NCBI GenBank assembly: GCA_002104905.1
Contig: MCFE01000196.1
Coordinates: 62,001-126,000 of the forward strand
Length of the DNA stretch: 64,000 nucleotides
Source of the DNA: Basidiobolus meristosporus CBS 931.73
Taxonomy: Eukaryota; Fungi; Basidiobolomycota
Direction of reading: 5' to 3'
A program made the translations under genes and the position numbers. Below are positions 25,853 through 38,500 of the stretch, piece by piece; within the stretch, counting starts at the first letter, position 1; every line of letters starts with the position of its first letter. The notes under the pieces are model-generated. The model was not told the origin of the DNA. It made no database searches and saw only the letters and a list, made by a program, of their open reading frames with translations.

Positions 25853-26105
25853 ACCTAAAGGGGTGTGCTGTAGAAGTCTCTAAAGGGGTATTTAGACCTA
25901 AAGGGGTGTCTAAAGGGGTGTCTTTAGAGTAAAGGGGCTTCTTGTAGTGGTCTCTAAAGTGGACTTTGCACTAAAGGGGTGCCTAAAGGAGCTTCTTTAG
26001 AGTAAAGGGGTTTCATAAGGGGTCTCTAAAGGGGTCTCTAAAGGGGTCCTTAGACTAAGTCGGTGTCTAAAGGGTTGTCTTTAGAGTAAAGGGGTTTCTT
26101 AGAGG
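25853..26105 (+). repeat. Imperfect tandem array of TAAAGGGG motifs inside LTR E
   Basis: About 14 copies counted by eye, 10 of them perfect, with short variable spacers. Confidence 0.85.
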
Positions 26106-26544
26106 GAACTTTTCCAACAGAAAAGTGGTAGTTTCTTGTAGAACTTAGAATGGAATCTTGTGAGCTTTGCAGTCTCTTTACTGATGTAGTACCAATCAAA
26201 ATCAGAATACTCAATAGTGCAAGTGATGAAGGGGAAGTCTTATAACCTTTAAACTTGTAATTGTAGTGTGGAGATTCTGGAAAGAGAGGCTCTCCTTTTA
26301 TTTTTCAGCTGGGGAAGTCATATTTATGAATATTTTGAAGGATCAAAGTTTTTGCGCAATTGTGCAAGCAATACATGTGATACAAAGCTAAAATTTGCAG
26401 TGGTGCAGATTGGACATAGGCGCAGCACCTGTGAATAAATCACGTGACTTGATTGGCTGGTTCAAAAGTTACATGCAATCAAAGTCACCCTAGTAATCCT
26501 AGCAATAAGGCATAGTATATATAATAATTGGACTCTTTTGGTCA

Positions 26545-27400
26545 TAATTCCTTAAGTACTGCTTCAAATGAGCTGTTATTTGAAATATGTGTTGGCTACT
26601 ATGTGTTCTGTATGACATAATATTCTTGGGTGGATTGCTTGCCAGGGTCTGGAGCATTTGTCCTTCAAAGTTGGAAATTCTTGATCTTTCACTTGTGTGT
26701 TACAATAGCAAAAAGCAAGATAAAGAAATGAGTGAATATTGATTCAGAGATATTGTAGTAATGGAATACTTTCCATTACCACAGAATGTACAGAAATCCA
26801 CATGTAATTGCAGCAAAGTTGGCAAGCTATAATCCATTGGCCAGCATATGGAATTAATTGGAGACCAGAGATACTTAAGACAGTGGGTATTTAATGGAGC
26901 AAAAGCTTTCCACTGGGAGCAATGTATTTGCTTTCAACAATATTCCTATACTGATGATATACTATTTGGTAAATTGGTATGGTAACATTATACAGCACTA
27001 TCTATAGGCTGCCAACACTGCTGTGATAATGCTATCAGAGGCTCACAAAGATGCTGTCATAACACCATCAAATATTTTGCTATATAAGGCAGTTGGATGT
27101 ACTGGCTAGTTATATCCACTCAAATAGTTTTAAAGTGCATTAAGGCAGCAAAAATGCCATGCCACCCTTGGCAAAGCACCAAACAAACACCTTTATACTT
27201 TATCAACTTTATTTGGCTGTAAAATTAGCAAAATGCTGTTGTGATCCTATCACAAGATTGTGTAGATGGTGATTAATTGCAAGCTGCTGGTATTGTAGCA
27301 GTCTCCTGACAGAATCTTGATGACTGATCCAGATTGGATCCACCTGCAAGACCAAATTATTTTTCACAGGGTAATGCCAATTTGGCCAGTCTACAGCATT
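26545..27400 (+). repeat. Family X sequence contiguous with LTR E
   Basis: Similar to 7170-8450; its first ~200 bp also recur inverted at ~30440-30660. Confidence 0.6.
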
Positions 27401-28826
27401 TATGCAAGGAGCTTGTGACAAGGTTTGAGCAGCGATACTTCAAGCATAAAGTTGCACACATAGATCATTCCCTATCCCATCTTGCTTAGTGTGTGGAGAA
27501 TAAAGTGCAAGACTTCATCTTTTTGGATCTTCCTACAGAGCAGATTTCTGGGGAGATAATAAGATGAGTCAACTTACAAGTAATACCATATCCCAATCTC
27601 ATCAAGAATAGACCCTTCAAGTCAATCATGGATGTGATGAGCTGGCACATGGAGGACAGCCAGGAAGAGCTTGAAGATATTGAGGACTGATGCCCACAAG
27701 GATACACCTATGCCTTAGGCATTACAAAGCTAAGTAGTCCAATAAGTGGGTAGCTAATTAAGCAAGGCAAGGTTGAGTTGGGCACAACAAGCATTAGGAC
27801 AACTTTGCCAAAGTATGCTGGGTTTCTACTGGATACAAACCAGCTTCTACATTGCTCAATATGGAACTTACGCAAATGAAAATCTTGGCACACCTATAAG
27901 AGGCTCTGAAATCCTGCCAGGGAGAAGGAATATATTTGGTAAATACTTAAAGGTATCTTACAGATATTCCTGAGGTACAAATAGCAAAGGCGGTGGCAAC
28001 TAAGCATATGCTTGCAAGATGTATATGTTACCAGCAATTCAGGGTATATTGCAGCTTTGTGAGTATTACACTGAAAAGCCATGAAGTTGAGGTGATAGAG
28101 GCATGTCAATTGCAGTTGTTGTGCTCATATGTAGAGATTAGTAGGCAAGAGGCCATATTTTATTTGATTCCAACTCCTTCTGGAATACCCATGGTAGCAG
28201 TGGGTAAACAAAGAAAGCAGGGTGGTTTTATGGTGGAGTTTACAAGTGGCATAAGGGGAGGTGAGAAGCAAACTATAATTTGGTAAACTGGTACCATAGC
28301 ATTATGTAGGGTTAAGAATAGGTCAATATACAGCTGCAATAATGCCAAAAGTGGTCCATATTGATATCATTGCAACTCCATTAAGTTTATATTGGTATAA
28401 GCCATTTGCTTGTTTTGGCTGGTCAGGTCCACAAAAATAAATGCATTCCATACTAAGACCATAGAAATTCTTTGAAAGTCCCACCAGCTGTGGATTTTGG
28501 GAGCAATGATAGGTGCACTAGAAGATTGCAGCACTGCCTCAGGAGCAGTGCTCAGGAAAACTCACTTGATTATTAGAAGGGTTTATTGCAAATTCTAGCA
28601 GATGAGATTCTAGATAATGCAGAGAAAGCTGAAGGCCAGAACATATAGAGGTTTGTGGATAAACAGTAGTATAAAGTCATTGGGCTCCTTCTGAGGCTTT
28701 CACAGATAACTAGTCATCTGGGCTCTATACAATCCGTTGGCAGTTTCCAAGAAATCAGCTGAATGATGATGCATTATTAATTTATCTTATGCTCCTAACT
28801 ACACCCAAACTGCTCTGACTTAATCC

Positions 28827-29175
28827 TGTTGTAAAAATTTGTATTTCCACCTAAATATTCACCTAACTTAGTCACTTAGATCATCACCTTCAAATCCTAG
28901 AGAATACTGACCAAATTCCTTGTCGGCATTTATCAGAATATTTTCACCAAAATACAAGGTACCCAGAACATGAAAATTCTCAAAGTTGTCCAAACAGCCC
29001 CAAACTTTGCACACATGCTCTTGGGACCTTCCTTAACCTATTCTACATGTTTGTAATGCCAAGACCATGTAAAAGTATAAATTTCTACTTTTACATTCAA
29101 TAAATCATTAAGTGAAAACCACTTAATCTACTTGTCCTCCCAATCACTTCCAATATCTCCAAGACTCTTACAACA
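28827..29175 (+). repeat. Solo LTR, Copia family C
   Basis: TGTTGTAA...TTACAACA termini; perfect 5-bp TSD AATCC. Confidence 0.92.
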
Positions 29176-29956
29176 AATCCAGCTTCATGGCATTTACAAG
29201 TTTGACTTGATTGTAACAGTATAAATAATGCTGACTGAACCTTTTGGTACAGTGTGTGTCTCAGCAAGATTAAGATTTTACCTCAACAAAGTCAAGAATG
29301 CAACATTTCTGCTCTAGTTTCTACCCAAGCTTAGAATACTTAACACTCCAAAGAACATCAAGCCAAACCTGCATAGCAAACCCAGCTATATCCAAGACCT
29401 GTATTAGACTGAATTATTTTGCTGATATCTCCACCACTTCTGACAACTCTAAGATTGTGCATTTGATTGTCCCTTTGGTTCAGTTAAGCCATTGAAAAGC
29501 TTTATTGCACTTCTGGCATGGATAAAACACTCAAGTTATCCATTACTTTGCAAATGATTACAGAAACAAGGTTGTCTATATTAGGCATGTATGCAAAGCA
29601 GTACCTGTGACTCTTGACTTACATCATGCCACCATCCCCACCACTGGTACATCTTATATGGCTTCTCCATGTTACACAGATTTCATAGTACTGATCCCTA
29701 ATTATATGGGTATGCTGTGCCTATTAAAGCTTTCAGTACCTTGTTAGAGTATTGTTAGCTGATTGTTATGCTCTTGGGATTTCCACTTATCTCCAGTGTG
29801 TTTCTAGAGTGACTTTGTTAGATATCACTTTGCCAGTGAGAACTGTAGGCAAGGGAGACACTCCTACAACAAGAAATTTGCACCTAGAAAACTGTACTAA
29901 CAGCTATCTTACTTTGGTGGCAGTGCTTGTGCGGTATACTCAGAATAGACATCTTT

Positions 29957-30435
29957 TGTTGCAAGTGTCTTGGAGATATTGGAAGTCATTAGGAGGACAA
30001 TTAGACTCTGTGGTTTTCACCTATTGATTTATTGAATGTAAGAGTAGCATTTATACTTTTGCTTGATTTTGGCATACCAAGCACATAGATAGGTTAAGGA
30101 AGATCCCAAGAGCATGTGTGCAAAGTTTGGGGCTGCTGGGACAACATTGAGAATTTTCATGTTCTTGGCACCTGGTATTTTGAGGAAAATACTCCAAGTA
30201 AATCCCAACAAGGAATTTGGTCAGTATTCTCTAGGATTTGAAGGTAATGATCTAAGTTGCTAATTAGGTGACTATTTAGGTGGAATTACAAGCTCTTACT
30301 ACACTCCCACTCAGCTAAATGTTCATAATGACTAGTCCTAATCTTGACCTAACATATTCAAGCTTGTCTCTAGCTAATGGCTTGGTATATATGTCTACAA
30401 TCATTTGATCTAAAGGACAGTGAGCTAAACTAACT
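29957..30435 (-). mobile_element. 3' LTR (29957-30303), PPT and RNase H tail of a truncated Copia C copy
   Basis: LTR matches 33828-34172; the adjacent CTCCCACTCAGCTAAATGTTCAT... matches 34173 onward. Confidence 0.85.
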
Positions 30436-32297
30436 ACAATATCTCTAAACCAATATTGCACTCATTTCTTTATTTTGCTTTTTGCTATTGTAACACACAA
30501 GTGAAAGATCAAGAATTTCCAACTTTGAAGGACAAATGCTCCAGACCCTGGCAAGCAATCCACCCAAGAATATTATGGCATACAGAACATGTAGTAGCCA
30601 ACACATGCTTCAAGTTTCAGCTCATTTGAAGCAGTACTTAAGGAGTTATGACCAAAAGAGTTCAATTATTATATATACTATGCTTATTGCTAGGATTACT
30701 ATGGTGACTTTGATCACGTGTAACTTTTGAACCAGCCAATCAAATCACGTGATTTATTCACAGGTGCTGCGCCTATGTCCAATCTGCACCACTGCAAATT
30801 TTAGCTTTGTATCACGTGTATTGATTGCGCTGTGGTGGTGTATAGGTCCAAGGGAGAGATACGTCCAACACTTCTCAAGTGTTTTGTGTGTGGGGTATTC
30901 ACTGGGAGCAATAATCTCTGGCAACAGCTTGCTAGGAATACTTGGGTTCTGTCTCTAATCTAATGTGAAGGGGAATAAAGCCACAAGCTTGTCAAGGGAA
31001 AACTATTGAGCTACAATCCCCAACTTAGTTGGTGTCTTATGGTCTGGGGTTGGAAGTGCAGGTAGCAGCAGGTAGCAGTGATCACACTAATCAACAAGTT
31101 GGTATATTGATAAAAGGGATGATGATTTATCGTTGAGGGATAGCCTCCCTTATACACTTTTCTCACTGGCTAAGTGATTACTAAGCATGGTATTCCAGAA
31201 GGTTCCAGATATCAATAGAAATATTAATGGCATCAGTATGACCTAAGAATGTTCTGAGTAGGTGCCAGAAGGTTCTAAGAGGCACAGCACCTCCAACCAA
31301 TCATGAATCAGTACTCTGAAACCTGTGTAACATAGGGATACCATATATGGTATGGAAATGGTAGGGATGGTGTCACAGGTTGATCATGTGTCACGGGTAC
31401 TAGCATGGGTACCTGCCTAATATAGAAGCCCTTATAGCTAGTAATCTTATATAAAGTAAGGGGTAACTTATGCAATAAGGTAGGCAAGTGAGATAGTCAA
31501 CTGGCTTATGGGATAGTACTGATTGGGTAAGACAAATGAGATAAAACTAAAATAAGTGTAGTAGAGATATAGGGAAGTAGAAAATGTGGGAATGAGCACA
31601 TCTGTCAGTGGGTGTCACTGTCACCCTACTACAGCGCAATTGCCCAAAAACTTTGATCCTTCAGAATTTTCATATATATGACTTCCCCAGCTGAAAAATA
31701 AAGAGAGAGCCTCTCTTTCCAGAATCTCCACACTACAATTACAAGTTTAAAGTTTATAAGACTTCCCCTGCATCACTTGCACTGTTGAGTATTCTGACTT
31801 TAATTAGTACTACATCAGTAAAGAGACTGCAAAGCTTACAAGAATCCAATTTAAGTTCTACAAGCAACTACCACTTTTCTGTTGGAAAAGTCCCCTCTAA
31901 GAAACCCCTTTACTCTAAAGACACTCCTGTAGTCTAAAGACCCCTTTAGTGACTTCTACAACACACCCCTGTAGGTTAAGGGGGAGTTCAGAATTTCCAT
32001 ATTAGGAAATATTTTCTCAGAGAGGAAAGTGACTTCCAAATAAGGAAAAGTTATTATAAAAGTAAATAAGCCCATTAGTTGACAGAAGGTCAGAACACTG
32101 CTGTAGAAGTGATAAACACTGCCTATAGTATATTTTGAGCCTATGATTGAGGAAATTAGTGAAAGTTATATCTTCTATCAGTATATCAAACTCCCAATAA
32201 ACTACTTCAGTATTAGCATACTGGAAGTTGTTGTATATTGTGGATTAGCCTCTACATTGCAGAACAAGCCCCAAACCAATCCTGATACAAGATAACA
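30435..32297 (+). repeat. Second, inverted copy of long LTR E, interrupted by LTR F
   Basis: Reverse complement of 25532-~26760 at roughly 90% identity; ends ...GATAACA at 32297, abutting a partial LTR C (32298-32388). Confidence 0.85.
30831..31633. repeat. Solo LTR family F (803 bp)
   Basis: TGTGGTGG...CTACTACA termini; 4-bp TSD GCGC; central part similar to 22007-22810. Confidence 0.85.
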
Positions 32298-32587
32298 GAA
32301 CTTGGTCAGTATTCATTAGGGTTTGAATGCAACAATCTAATTGGCCAAGCTAGGAGGATATTTAGGTGGAATCACAAATCTTACCACAGATTTTGGTCCC
32401 AAATGATGCTGAATGCAGCACCTACTTTTGCTTAGACATCCAAGTTAGCAATTGTGACTTGACAGGTTTTCTTAAAAAGCTTAAGTCTTTATTCTTTTTC
32501 ACATTAGAGTGGTAGGAAAACCTAAAAGTATGTATCAAGCTTTTGTCCAGGGTTATAGCACCAAGATAACATAGTATATGCCTATAC

Positions 32588-35500
32588 TGTTGCAATATTC
32601 TGAGGAGTATTAGACCCAATGCAGAGAGGTAGAGGACTTACATGTTACTCACTTGTGGATTTACTGATCAAAAGTATGGTATTTATACTTTTGACAAATT
32701 AGAGCACACATATATGTATAGGTTGTTAAGGAAGGTCCCAAGAATATGTGCACAAAGCTTGGGGGCTTTTGGACAACTCTGAGAAAGATCATAATCTGGA
32801 TACCTGTTAATTTGGTGAAAATTTTCCAAGGAAATCCCAACAAGAAATTTGGCCAGGACAGAATGCTAGTCAAAGAATAAGATATATATGACTTAGTTAG
32901 CATGAATATTTAGCTGACACTCAATAATCACAACACTCCCACTCAAAAAAATATTTGTAAGTAATAAATGCATATTGAAAGTGTGCAATCTGTAATAAGC
33001 ATATAAAATTTAATTATGTTGCATACTGGACTAATAAAGTATCCAACAATATATGAACTTGTGCTCAACTTAATTGAACAAGCTACTTGTAAACCAATGT
33101 GCATATCTACTCAATAGTATGCCTATAAATCTGATTGATATGATTGTAGTACTAATAATTAACTTTGATCAGTAGTATGGGCTTGAATAATGAGGTGAGT
33201 CTAATTGTCAGAATGGAATAATGATATATAGTCTTTTAGCTGACTGATGCTTTATATTTGAGCAAAATGGACCTACTTTTGGTGAAGTTAAGGTTTTGTC
33301 ATTATTGGTGGATCTGGAGTTTCCTTATTTTGGGGCAAAAGTATAGTGTATTCAGACAAGATCACTGCATGTCCATTAGGCTCAGGGACAGCTACTTCCA
33401 TCATTTTGACATTATAAGAGGTAAAAGAAATGACCTATATTGGACCAAGTTAAGGTTTTGTCATTTACGCCTGATCCCAATTATCCTCATTTCCTGGCAC
33501 TGCAGCATGTACAATATGGCTAAGATAAATTTTTGCTCAACTCAGAGCTGAGATGGCCTGCCCACACTTGAACCACATCTTTTTGGTGATTCAGATTTAC
33601 AAAAATGGTCTAGAGTGGTCATCTTTGTCTTCCTTAAATTGCTATAACTATCTTTGGACTTATTAATTCATTTACAGTAGATTCAAAGTCTATTTGCCTC
33701 TTGATATACACTGCTTGGTTTCAGAAAGTGCCATTGGTTGTTTGGTAGCTATCTTCAGAGTTCTTCTACTGATTTGGATTAGCAAAGCTGCTTTTGTCTT
33801 ATTGGAATAAATTTGTAGAGTAGAGACTGTTATAAGAGTGTTGGAGATATTGGAAGTGATTGGAAGAACAAGTAGATCATGGTGTTTTCACTTAATGTTT
33901 TATTGAATGTACAAGTAGTATTTATACTTTTACATGGTCTTGACATAACAAACATGTATAATAGGTCAAAGAAGGTCCCAAAAACATGTGTGCAAAGTTT
34001 GGGGCTGTATGGACAAGTTTGAGAATTTTCAAGTTCTGGGTACCTGGTATTTTTGGTAAAAATATTCTAAGTCCCAACAAGGCATTTGGTCAGTGTTCTC
34101 TAGGTTTGAAGGTAATGGTCTTAGTGATCAAGTTAGGTGAATATTTGGGTGGAATTACAAATTTTTGCAACACTCCCACTCAGCTAAATGTTCATACTGA
34201 CTAGTCCCAATCTTGACCTAACATATTCACACTTGTCTCTAGCTAATGGTTTGGTAAATATGTCTGCAATCATTTCATCTGAAGGACAGTAAACTAAGCT
34301 AACCAAGCTATTCTCTATAGCTTCATGTATGAAATGATGTCTAATATCTATGCACTTATTTCTAGCATGAAAAGTTGGATCTCTACCTAATAGTATACAT
34401 TCTTGATTATCTTGAAATTAAGTAATAGGCATTTTTTGACATAGGCCCAAATCTGTAAAAAGCTTTCTTAACCACATTGCTTCTTTTGTAACCTCACAGG
34501 CTGCCATATACTCTGCCTTGGTGGTAGAAAGTGCTGCGGTTGGTTGCTTTCTTGAATTCCATGAAATTGCTCCTCAACAGTAAAGAAAGGTGCATCCTGT
34601 GGTTGATCTTCTGTCATTCAAATTTTGTCCCCAATCAGCATCAGAGTATCCCACAAGGTCCTGCTCTGTATCCTTATAAGTGTATCTTAAGCAGATATCA
34701 GCAGCTCCTTCTAGGTATATAAAAGTCCACTTAACTGCTGCAATATGATCCAATCCATAGTTCTGATTATGTTGGCTGACAACTCCCACTGAATATGAGA
34801 TATCTGGACATGTTCCAAGCATGATATACATCAGACTACCAAACATAGATTGATAAGGAAAGTTAGGGCTTTCAGATGGCTCCAAGCTCTCTTGATTTGG
34901 TTGAGTTTTGACAGAGTTAAGGTTTGTCTCCATTGGGGTGCCAGTTTATAGTCATCCATTTGGTACCTCTTTAGTATATCTTGAATATACTTGGATTGGC
35001 TTAGGGTAATAGCCTGGGTACTTTTGTCTATGGAGAACTTAATCCCTAAGTAGTAACTGAGTTCTCTTAGATTGGACATCTTGAACCCCTTAGATAGGCT
35101 GGATTTAGTCTCTTCCAATGTTAATAGATTATTGGTGGCTATAATAAGATCATCCACATATAGAGCTCATAGAGCTGGATTTGCTCTATCTGGCTTATAG
35201 TATATACTATAGTCAGCATTACTCCTTTGAAACTCAAAGATTCCAGATAAGAATCTATCTTGCAACTCCAGGCTCTTGGTGATTGTTTAAGACTATATAG
35301 AGGCTTTTAAGCTTGCAGACCAAATGGGACTTATTTTGGTCAACAAACCCATCAGGCAGGTCCATATACATGTCCTCATCAAGTTCTCCGTTCAAAAATG
35401 CAGCTTTTACATCCATTTGATGAATAAAGAACTTATATTTGGCTGCAATAGCCAATATTAATCTGATGGAATTAAACTTGGCTACCGGTGCAAAGGTCTC

Positions 35501-38500
35501 AGTATAGTCAACCTTATTTGTTTGAGAATATTCTTTGGTCACAAGTCTTGCTTTGTATCTTTCAATCAAACCATCAGCCTTGTATTTTGTCTTAAAGATC
35601 CATCTGCATCCAATTGATTTTTCGTTGATTGGTAATTTAACTAAGCTTCAGGTATGATTTTCCATCCTGGACTGATATTCATCAGTCATTGCAGATCTCT
35701 GGGCATTTAATACTGGAATGATCACTTCTGGGATATTCCTGAGCCATGATTCAGGCCAAACCACAGTTTTAGAGTCCTCTGGAGGGAAAAAATGCTCATT
35801 GTTTTGCTCTGATTCAGTCCTGACAATTGGTGGGCCTGAGATCAGATTTTTGTCATCATTAGATGTCATTTTTGAGAAAATCTTGAATCTTCATCAAACA
35901 ACACATCCCTGGACTTGATCAGCTTCTTTGCTTTAGTATTGTAGAGTCTGTATGCCATACTCTCATTGCAATAGCCCACAAATATGCAATTTACACTTTT
36001 TGGCTCAAATTTTGACTGATTTCTGGGCAGTTTCTTGGCATATGCTGTACACCCAAATATTTTTAGATGTTGTGCACTTGGTCTGTATCCATACCATGCT
36101 TCAAATGGAGTAGAATCATGAGGTATTCTGTTATAACTCCTATTTTTAAGGTATACAGCAGTGGCAAATGATTCCATCCTAAACTCATAGGATAATTTTT
36201 GATCATAGATCATAGATCTTGCCATATAAATTATTGATTGGTTAGTATGTTCTGCTACTTGATTTTGCTGTGGGGAGTATGATACAGTAGTCTCTTGCTT
36301 TATCCCATGAATCTTGCAGAAGTGGATGAAGAGTTTTGAGGTATTTTCTCCACCATTGTCAGAGAGTATATTCTTGATTTTTTCACTAGTTTCTCTCTCC
36401 ACCAGAGCTTCAAACTCTCTGAGCTTAGACAGAGCTTCTTCCTTTCTCTCCATGAAGTAGACCCATGTGTATCTTGTATAATTATCAATAAAAGTGATCA
36501 ACTACTTCATCCTGCCTAGGATAAATTTTGCATAGGTCCACACAGATCTGAGTGAACTGGATCTGATTTTTTCTTAGTATTGATTAACCCAAAGCTCTTG
36601 AGTGGTTGTCTGGCTTGTTTCCCTATATACAGGCTTAACAGTGCTCCAAATTAGCTGGGGGATCAATTTTCACTCCAGAAATTAGCTGATCTTGGATCAT
36701 TTTGCACAAATAATCAAAATTGATGTGCCCAAATCTCCTATGCCAAAGCATTGGTGTTTCTTCATTTAAGTTACTTACATTGGCTTTCAAATATGATGGA
36801 ATATCAGTCAACTTGTATTGATTCTGATCTCTGATACCCGCAGCAATATGGGCACCATTTTGATCAGTGATCTTGCATCCAGAATTGTCAAAGCTGAAGC
36901 TGAGTCCTTTTGCAGTGGCCTTGCTTACAGATAGTAGGTTCTTGGCTATTTCTGGTACATAGAGTACTTCTTTATAGGTCAGTGTATGGCTTCCTTCACT
37001 GCTTCTTAGATTTACTTGAATAGTTCCTTCTCCCGCTGCATCAAGTGTTCTATTGTCACCCATGAAAACATTCTTAATTGGAGTTTCTTAATATTGGGTA
37101 AAAAGTTCTAGTTGGTGTGTAAAGTGTTGAGATGCTCCAGAGTCAATATACCACATCTGAGAGTCCTTGCTGGTGGTCATATTTAGTGCAGATATGAATA
37201 GTTGATCTTCAGTTGTTGCAGTATTTTCATATTCAGGCTTCTTTTGCTGATTATCTCTCTTTTTGAGAAACCAGTCTGATGTGTGTTCTTTCCTTTTGCA
37301 GTAGTTACAAAACAGGTTGCTGTTGCCTTTGTAGGATCTTGGGTACCTTCTTTGATGGTTATCATTGCTTATTAAGGCATTTTCTTCTTCCTTCTTATTG
37401 GCACTTGATTTTCTTGATTCTTCATCCAGGAGCCTTGCATATACTTAATTTAAGATCAAATCTTCAGTTCTGGACTCTAGGGCTGATACAAGGCCCTGAA
37501 AATTGTCTGTCAGGCTATCCAGGATGGTAACTATCACATCCTCATCAGTAGTTGGTACACCCACAGATTCCATTTCATCTACCAGCAGGGTATTTCTGTT
37601 AATTAGATTTTTCATTTCTTCTCCTGGCAGCATCTTTGTAGTAAAGAATTTTTGTCTCAGATACATTTTATTAGCAGCTGAGCATGACTGGTTGGTGTCT
37701 CCTAATGCCTTCCAGGCATTCTTTGTTGTTTTTGCTCTTGAGCATTGAATTAGCAATTTCTCCTTAACATTAAGGCAAATGCAGTTAAAGGCACTTTGTT
37801 CTTTCTTCTGGTACTTTAAGGCTTCCTCTCCCATGTTTTTAGGAGGGCATTCTTTTCCCATGACAATATCCCAAAGGCCTCTTTCTTTTAGCAGCATCTT
37901 CATCCTCACCTTTCATACCTGGTAGTTAGATACATCCAACTTTTCAGCAGAGGGAAAAATTCCAGTAATAGCAGTAGTAGACCTTGCATAGAGTGACAGC
38001 TTGGGGCTCATAGCCTGTTGTAAGAGTCTTGGAGATATTGGAAGTGATTGGAAGAACAAGTAGATTATGTAGTTTTTACTTAGTGATTTATTGAATGTAA
38101 ATGTAGTAGTTATACTCTTACATGAACTTGGAATAGCAAACATGTAGAATAGGCTAAGGAAGGTCCCAAGAGCATGTGTGCAAAGTTTGGGGCTGTTTGG
38201 ACAACTTTGAGAATTTTCATGTCTTGAGTACCTGGTATTATTAGTGAAAGTATTCTAAGTAAGTCCCAACAAGGAATTTGGTCTGTATTCTCTAGGTTTT
38301 GAAGGTAATGATCTAAGTGACAAAGTTGGGTGAATATTTAGGTGGAATTACAAGTTTTTACAACAGAGACTGTTGTTTTTCCAGAGTGAGATTCTCTTCA
38401 ACAGGGCTTTGATTTTCCTTGCTTGCCTAATAGTTATTTTCAATGCTGAGCTTGGTTTGCAAGGCTAACTGACCTTATTAGTGTCTTCAGAGTCCATAAA

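Larger units (their letters stand above)
21145..26760 (-). mobile_element. Ty3/Gypsy element family E with a long LTR; RNase H and integrase deleted
   Basis: Gag 25270-24068 (CVYCESAEHSRYGC), in-frame protease (VFDTGSEIN), RT (PWFTPLKK...LDLYSGYDQ...QGWTNS...PFLDDI). LTR ends at 25532 and 21145 (~97% identical over 320 bp); PBS TGGTGGAGGACCTGGG at 25525-25510 (tRNA-Ala-like). Right boundary is a minimum. Confidence 0.85.

Noticed and set aside
25853-26105. TAAAGGGG array as a CRISPR array or interstitial telomere
   Set aside because: Units are too short and irregular for CRISPR, there are no cas genes, and the context is eukaryotic. It is not TTAGGG, and it is part of an LTR present in another copy.
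25532-32297. Large inverted repeat as a foldback/TIR transposon
   Set aside because: The arms are LTR E copies: one is followed by a PBS and gag, they are only ~90% identical, and no shared TSD was found.
33520-33650. Tyrosine-recombinase-like words (NLRKT...DVVQVWAGHLSS) in the C2 cargo
   Set aside because: It needs a frameshift, lacks a proper H-x-x-R, and other frames give equally plausible alternative motifs; too weak to call.
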